From NCBI RefSeq assembly GCF_004353825.1, contig NZ_SMNA01000007.1:248001-312000 (forward strand): 64,000 nt of DNA, in the 5' to 3' direction. Position numbers and translations under genes: made by a program. This DNA comes from Occultella glacieicola (GTDB taxonomy: Bacteria; Actinomycetota; Actinomycetes; Actinomycetales; Beutenbergiaceae). Below the pieces are notes generated by a model that was given only the letters and a program-made list of their open reading frames with translations, ran no database searches and was not told the DNA's origin. Below are positions 59,283 to 64,000 of the stretch, one piece after another. Numbering within the stretch: the stretch's first letter is position 1; each line of letters opens with the position of its first letter.

Positions 59283-59418
59283 GACAGAAACCTACGGGGT
59301 CGCCCGCCGGCATCAGACCTCGGGATGACGGCGCCATGGTGCCTCGGGAGGAGGGCGCCGGCCGGAGTCGCGCTCCGGGCACGATGTGCACGGCAGCGGC
59401 GGTGAGCAGGATCGGGAC

Positions 59419-59733
59419 ATGGCCACGATCACCCCCGCACCCACCACTGCCCGCGCGGCCCTGCCCGCGCGTCCACGACCCACAGCGCCCACGCAGCCGC
59501 GTCCCACCGGCCCGGCCGTGCCCGCTGTGCCCACCGGCCGGGCCGCGGACGACCGCGGAACGCACGCGCCGCCGTCGACCCGGTTCGCCGCCGTGGACGC
59601 CCGCCCGCGGCCGGTCCGCGACGGCCTGCTGCCCGCCACCCTGTCCCTGCTCGCCGTGCTCGGAATCCTCACCGGCCTCGCGGCCGCCGCGGGTTGGGTG
59701 GTCCGACTGCTCGCCGACTACATGCTCGGCTGA
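59419..59733 (+). CDS. Small hypothetical protein, Pro-rich with C-terminal TM
   Basis: Fills the gap between antiporter and menB; one TM helix at the C-terminus. Confidence 0.5.
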   Translation: MATITPAPTTARAALPARPRPTAPTQPRPTGPAVPAVPTGRAADDRGTHAPPSTRFAAVDARPRPVRDGLLPATLSLLAVLGILTGLAAAAGWVVRLLADYMLG

Positions 59734-59740
59734 GCCCGGC

Positions 59741-60712
59741 TCAGAAGTAGTACGGGAAGCCGGACCAGTCCGGCGGCCGACGCTCGAGGAACGCGTCCCG
59801 CCCCTCGACCGCCTCGTCGGTCATGTAGGCCATCCGGGTGGCCTCGCCGGCGAACACCTGCTGCCCGGCAAGTCCGTCGTCGGCCATGTTGAACGCGAAC
59901 TTCAGCATCCGGACGGCCTGCGGCGACTTGGTCGCGATGATCGCCGCCCATTCCAGGGCCCGCTCCTCGAGCTCCGCGTGCGGGACGGCCTCGTTGATCG
60001 CGCCCCACGCCTGCGCCTGCTCGGCGGAGTACGCACGGGCCAGGAAGAAGATCTCCCGGGCGCGCTTGTCGCCGACCTGCCGGGCGAGCAGCGCCGAGCC
60101 GTACCCCGCGTCGAAGGACGCCACGTCGGCGTCGGTCTGCTTGAACCGGCCGTGCTCGAGGGAGGCGATGGTCAGGTCCGCGACGACGTGCAGGCTGTGT
60201 CCGCCACCGGCCGCCCACCCGGGCACGACGGCGATCACCGGCTTGGGCATGGTGCGCATCAGCCGCTGCACCTCGAGGATGTGCAGTCGGCCGGCCCGGG
60301 CCGGATCGACGGCGGCCCCCTCGGCCCCCTCGGCGCCCTCGGCGCCGTCGGAGGAGTACCGGTACCCGTCCCGGCCACGGATCCGCTGATCGCCGCCGGA
60401 GCAGAACGCCCAGCCGCCGTCCTTGGGGCTCGGCCCGTTGCCGGTGAGCAGCACGGCGGCCACGTCCGGGCTCATCCGGGCGTGGTCGAGGGCGCGGTAG
60501 AGCTCGTCGACCGTGTGCGGGCGGAACGCGTTGCGGACCTCGGGCCGGTCGAACGCGATCCGGACCACCGGCAGGTCCCGTGGCCGGTCGCCGGTGCGGT
60601 CGACCCCGCGGTGATAGGTGAGATCGGTGAGGTCGAAGCCGGGGACCTCGCGCCAACGCTGCGGGTCGAACAGGTCGGAGACCTGGGCGGGGAGGGGAGC
60701 GGAGTCAGTCAC
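59741..60712 (-). CDS. menB: 1,4-dihydroxy-2-naphthoyl-CoA synthase
   Basis: RNAFRP, FCSGGDQR, GGGHSLH, SFDAGYG, EGRDAF. Confidence 0.96.
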   Translation of the reverse strand: MTDSAPLPAQVSDLFDPQRWREVPGFDLTDLTYHRGVDRTGDRPRDLPVVRIAFDRPEVRNAFRPHTVDELYRALDHARMSPDVAAVLLTGNGPSPKDGGWAFCSGGDQRIRGRDGYRYSSDGAEGAEGAEGAAVDPARAGRLHILEVQRLMRTMPKPVIAVVPGWAAGGGHSLHVVADLTIASLEHGRFKQTDADVASFDAGYGSALLARQVGDKRAREIFFLARAYSAEQAQAWGAINEAVPHAELEERALEWAAIIATKSPQAVRMLKFAFNMADDGLAGQQVFAGEATRMAYMTDEAVEGRDAFLERRPPDWSGFPYYF

Positions 60713-60779
60713 GCTGACACCTTAGGACGTGCGGCCGGTGCCCCCACCAGCATCGACACCGTCGCCCTATCCTGAACCG

Positions 60780-61787
60780 GTGAACCCCCGTGTCTACGCC
60801 ACGCCCCTGCGCACCCGCTTCCGTGGGCTGGACGTCCGGGACGGCGTGCTCGTGGCCGGGCCGGCCGGCTGGGGCGAGTTCTCCCCGTTCTGGGACTACG
60901 ACATCGCCGAGTCCGCGGCGTGGTGGCGCGCGGCGCACGAGGCCGCCACGCTCGGCTGGCCCGCCCCGCGGCGCACCCGGATCCCCGTCAACGTCACGGT
61001 GCCGGCCGTCGGTCCGGACCGGGCCGCCGAGATCGTGGCCGCCTCCGGCGGATGCACGACGGCGAAGGTCAAGGTGGCCGAGCCCGGCCAGTCCGTAGCG
61101 GACGAGCAGGCCCGCCTCGAGGCGGTGCGGAGCGCCCTCGGCCCGGGCGGCCGGATCCGCATCGACGCCAACGGCGCCTGGGACCTGGACACCGCGCTCG
61201 GCCGGCTCGCGGTCCTCGACCGCGCCGCGGGCGGGCTGGAGTACGCCGAGCAGCCCTGTGCCGACGTCGCCGACCTGGCCGCGCTGCGACGTCGGGGGTC
61301 GGTGCCGATCGCCGCGGACGAGAGCATCCGGCGTGCCGAGGATCCGATGGCGGTGGTCCGCGCCGAGGCCGCCGACGTCGTGGTGCTCAAGGTGCAGCCG
61401 CTCGGTGGTGTCCGCGCGGCCCTACGGATCGCCGAGGAGGTCGGCCTGCCCGTGGTGGTGTCCTCTGCGCTCGAGACGTCCGTCGGCATCGCGGCCGGGC
61501 TCGCGCTGGCGGCGGCGCTGCCGACGCTCGAGCACGCCTGCGGGCTCGCCACCGTGCACCTGCTCACCGCGGACGTGGTGGCCGACCCGCTGGTCCCGGT
61601 CGACGGCACGATCGCGGTCCGCCGGCCCGAACCCGATCCGGCCGCGCTCGAGGCGACCGCGGCCGACGACGTTCGGACGGCCCGGTGGCGCGCCCGGCTG
61701 GACGCCGTCGCCGAGCTCACCGGCCTGGCCGTTCCGGTCGGTGCGGACGCCTCAGCCGGGACCAGGGGCGGGGCGGTGTCGCGGTGA
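60780..61787 (+). CDS. menC: o-succinylbenzoate synthase
   Basis: GEFSPF, KVKV, RIDANG, EQP, ADESIR, CGL. Confidence 0.92.
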   Translation: MNPRVYATPLRTRFRGLDVRDGVLVAGPAGWGEFSPFWDYDIAESAAWWRAAHEAATLGWPAPRRTRIPVNVTVPAVGPDRAAEIVAASGGCTTAKVKVAEPGQSVADEQARLEAVRSALGPGGRIRIDANGAWDLDTALGRLAVLDRAAGGLEYAEQPCADVADLAALRRRGSVPIAADESIRRAEDPMAVVRAEAADVVVLKVQPLGGVRAALRIAEEVGLPVVVSSALETSVGIAAGLALAAALPTLEHACGLATVHLLTADVVADPLVPVDGTIAVRRPEPDPAALEATAADDVRTARWRARLDAVAELTGLAVPVGADASAGTRGGAVSR

Positions 61788-63637
61788 GCGCGGAGCCGAG
61801 CGGCCCGGCCGACCCGACCAGGCCGACGAGCCCGACGAGCCCGACGAGCACAGCCGCGCCCGGCACTCCGGTGCCGTCCGCCGCGACCGCCCGGGCCCTC
61901 GTCGGTGAACTCGTCGCGGCGGGGGTGCGCGACGTGGTGCTCGCCCCCGGCTCGCGCAGCGCCCCGCTGGCGTACGCACTGCTCGCCGCCGAGCGAGCCG
62001 GCTGGCTTCGCCTGCACGTGCGCGTCGACGAACGCAGCGCCGGGTTCGTGGCCCTCGGCATCGCGCGGGTCCGGCCGGCCGCCGTGGTGACCACCTCCGG
62101 CACGGCCGTGGCGAACCTCCACCCGGCGGTCCTCGAGGCGTCCCACTCGGGTGCGCCGCTGCTGGTGCTGTCCGCCGACCGTCCGCACGAGCTGCGCGGC
62201 GTCGGTGCGAACCAGACCACGGACCAGGCGGACCTCTTCGGCTCCGCGCTGCGGTGGTCCGGCGAGATCCCGGCCGACGATGCCGTGCCCGCCCGGGGCG
62301 TCCGGACCGCGGTGGTGCGGGCGGTCGCGGCCGCCCGCGGTCTCCGGTCCGCCCACCCCGGGCCGGTCCAGCTGAACGTCGCCTTCCGGGACCCGCTGGC
62401 ACCGGGCGACGACTGGGTCCCCGGCCCACCGCCGACGACCAGCACCGAGCTCACCCCCGCCGCGGTGTCGGCGCCGACGGTCCTGGACCGCGGGCCCCGG
62501 ACCGTGATCGTGGCCGGCGACGGCGCCGGTGCTGCGGCCGTCCGGCTCGCCGCGGTCAGTGGCTGGCCCGTGCTCGCCGAGCCGGGCTCGGGGGCCCGGC
62601 ACACGGCCGCTGCGGTCTCCGGCTACCGGGTCCTGCTCGCCCACCCCGGGCTCGGGCCGCGCATCGAGCGGGTGGTCGTGCTCGGACGACCCACGCTGAG
62701 CCGGCCCGTCTCGGCGCTCCTGGCCCGCACCGAACCGCGCGTCGTGGTCGTCGGCCCGGGGCCGGACTGGGTCGACGTGGCCGGCAACGCGGCCGCGGTC
62801 CACGGCGCCGTCGACGTGGCGGGTGAGATCACGATCGACGAGCGCGCCTGGGCGGGCCGGTGGGCGCTGGCCTCGGCGGCCGCGGAGCGGGCGCTGGCCG
62901 ACGATCCCACGAACGAGGCGGTCCCGACCGCCGAGCGGTCCGGCCCGATGGTTCCCGATCCGCTCGACGGTGCCCGGGTGGCACGGGCCGTGCTCGAGGC
63001 CGGCGGCACGGTGATGCTCGGTTCGTCGATGGCGATCCGGGACGCCGATCTGGCCGCGCCGGTCGGCGCCGGTGAGAACGCCGCCCGGGTGTTCGCCAAC
63101 CGGGGCCTGGCCGGCATCGACGGCACCATCTCCACCGCGACCGGGCTGGCCCTGGCCACCGGGTCGCCGGTGCGTGCGCTCATCGGGGACCTGACCTTCC
63201 AGCACGACGTCGGCGGGCTGGCCCGCGGCAGGCTCGAGCCGGAGGTGGACCTGCAGGTGATCGTGCTCAACGACGACGGCGGCTCCATCTTCGCCACCCT
63301 CGAACACGGCACCGCCGCCCACGCCGAGGACTTCGACCGGCTCTTCGGCACGCCCCAGGGCCTCGACCTCGGCGCACTTGCGGCGGGCTTCGGGGCTCGG
63401 CACCGGGTCGTCGCCACCTCCGCGGATCTCGCGGCGGCCCTCGCCGACCCCGGACGCGGCCGCAGCGTGGTGGAGGTGCGCCTGGACGGGGGCACCGCCC
63501 GGGCTCGTGCGCTCGCCCTGACCGGGCGGATCGGGGACGCCGTGGCCGCCGCGCTGGCGGACGCGGAACCGTCGACGAACTCCCAGGAAGCTCCCAGCCC
63601 GGGTCGAGGTGACCGCAAGGTCGATCGACTGAAGTAG
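61784..63637 (+). CDS. menD: SEPHCHC synthase
   Basis: PGSRSAPL, DERSAGF, TSGTAVAN, NRGLAGIDG, GDLTFQHD; GTGA overlap with menC. Confidence 0.95.
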   Translation: MSAEPSGPADPTRPTSPTSPTSTAAPGTPVPSAATARALVGELVAAGVRDVVLAPGSRSAPLAYALLAAERAGWLRLHVRVDERSAGFVALGIARVRPAAVVTTSGTAVANLHPAVLEASHSGAPLLVLSADRPHELRGVGANQTTDQADLFGSALRWSGEIPADDAVPARGVRTAVVRAVAAARGLRSAHPGPVQLNVAFRDPLAPGDDWVPGPPPTTSTELTPAAVSAPTVLDRGPRTVIVAGDGAGAAAVRLAAVSGWPVLAEPGSGARHTAAAVSGYRVLLAHPGLGPRIERVVVLGRPTLSRPVSALLARTEPRVVVVGPGPDWVDVAGNAAAVHGAVDVAGEITIDERAWAGRWALASAAAERALADDPTNEAVPTAERSGPMVPDPLDGARVARAVLEAGGTVMLGSSMAIRDADLAAPVGAGENAARVFANRGLAGIDGTISTATGLALATGSPVRALIGDLTFQHDVGGLARGRLEPEVDLQVIVLNDDGGSIFATLEHGTAAHAEDFDRLFGTPQGLDLGALAAGFGARHRVVATSADLAAALADPGRGRSVVEVRLDGGTARARALALTGRIGDAVAAALADAEPSTNSQEAPSPGRGDRKVDRLK

Positions 63638-63663
63638 TGCTCACAACGATCTTGGAGGATCCG

Positions 63664-64000
63664 ATGAGCACACCGAACCCCGCGCCGGGCTGGGCGAACC
63701 CGCACAGCGACCGGCCGCACCCCGCGTCGGCTCCGGGCAGCCGGCCGGCGCCGGGCCCCGCGGCCCCGCAGGCCGGCGTGAACCACTCCTACCCCTACGC
63801 CGCCCACTCCAGCACCCCGGGGTCAGCGGCGGGCGCCACCACCGGCATCCCGGGACCGCAGCCCTACGGCGCCTCCGGCCCGACGCCCCAGCCCGCCACG
63901 TTCGGCCAGGGCTCCGGCTGGCAGACCCCGCCGCCCGCCCCGGCCAGGACCGCGAAGCGGCCCCGGACCTGGCTCGCGGTCACCGCGGCCGCCGTCCTGG
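63664..64000 (+). CDS. Partial gene: Pro-rich N-terminus plus start of a TM helix, possibly an HtrA-like protease
   Basis: GGAGG RBS, open frame to the window end; product inferred from architecture only. Confidence 0.45.
   Translation, partial: MSTPNPAPGWANPHSDRPHPASAPGSRPAPGPAAPQAGVNHSYPYAAHSSTPGSAAGATTGIPGPQPYGASGPTPQPATFGQGSGWQTPPPAPARTAKRPRTWLAVTAAAVL

Noticed and set aside
60311..61849. 9-bp tandem repeats in menB (GAE x3) and the menD N-terminus (PTS x3) as phase-variation loci
   Set aside because: In-frame units in flexible loops or termini; copy changes would not shift the frame.

Overview
High-GC actinobacterial chromosome segment; Micrococcales-like by gene content and order (inference). 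No rRNA, tRNA, transposase, integrase, phage or cas genes were seen. The left ~31 kb is accessory and metabolic: three related membrane proteins (two beta-propeller), a fatty-acid desaturase, a LacI-controlled Gfo/Idh/MocA-epimerase-GH29 fucosidase unit, an ArsR-MFS pair, xylR-xylAB, a second-type TyrRS, an MshA-like glycosyltransferase, a LacI-PmoA/DUF6807 fusion and glpDFK. The right ~33 kb is the conserved actinobacterial backbone: argA, mutY, disA, radA, proC, trkAH, acuC, bS22, serB-like, cytochrome c biogenesis system II and menAEBCD. Two signals stand out. (1) A gene at 38133, just upstream of and divergent from radA, fuses a short basic N-terminal module (KNKIRDRAARTGESYTAARRHL) to a nitrilase-fold domain lacking the catalytic Lys and Cys, behind a ~170-nt highly base-paired leader. 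This is a candidate RNA-motif/RNA-binding-domain system. (2) An unannotated leaderless 20-aa uORF with a single Tyr codon, alternative hairpins and a terminator lies upstream of the non-canonical tyrS, a candidate ribosome-mediated attenuator. All calls come from motif recognition by eye; no searches were run.
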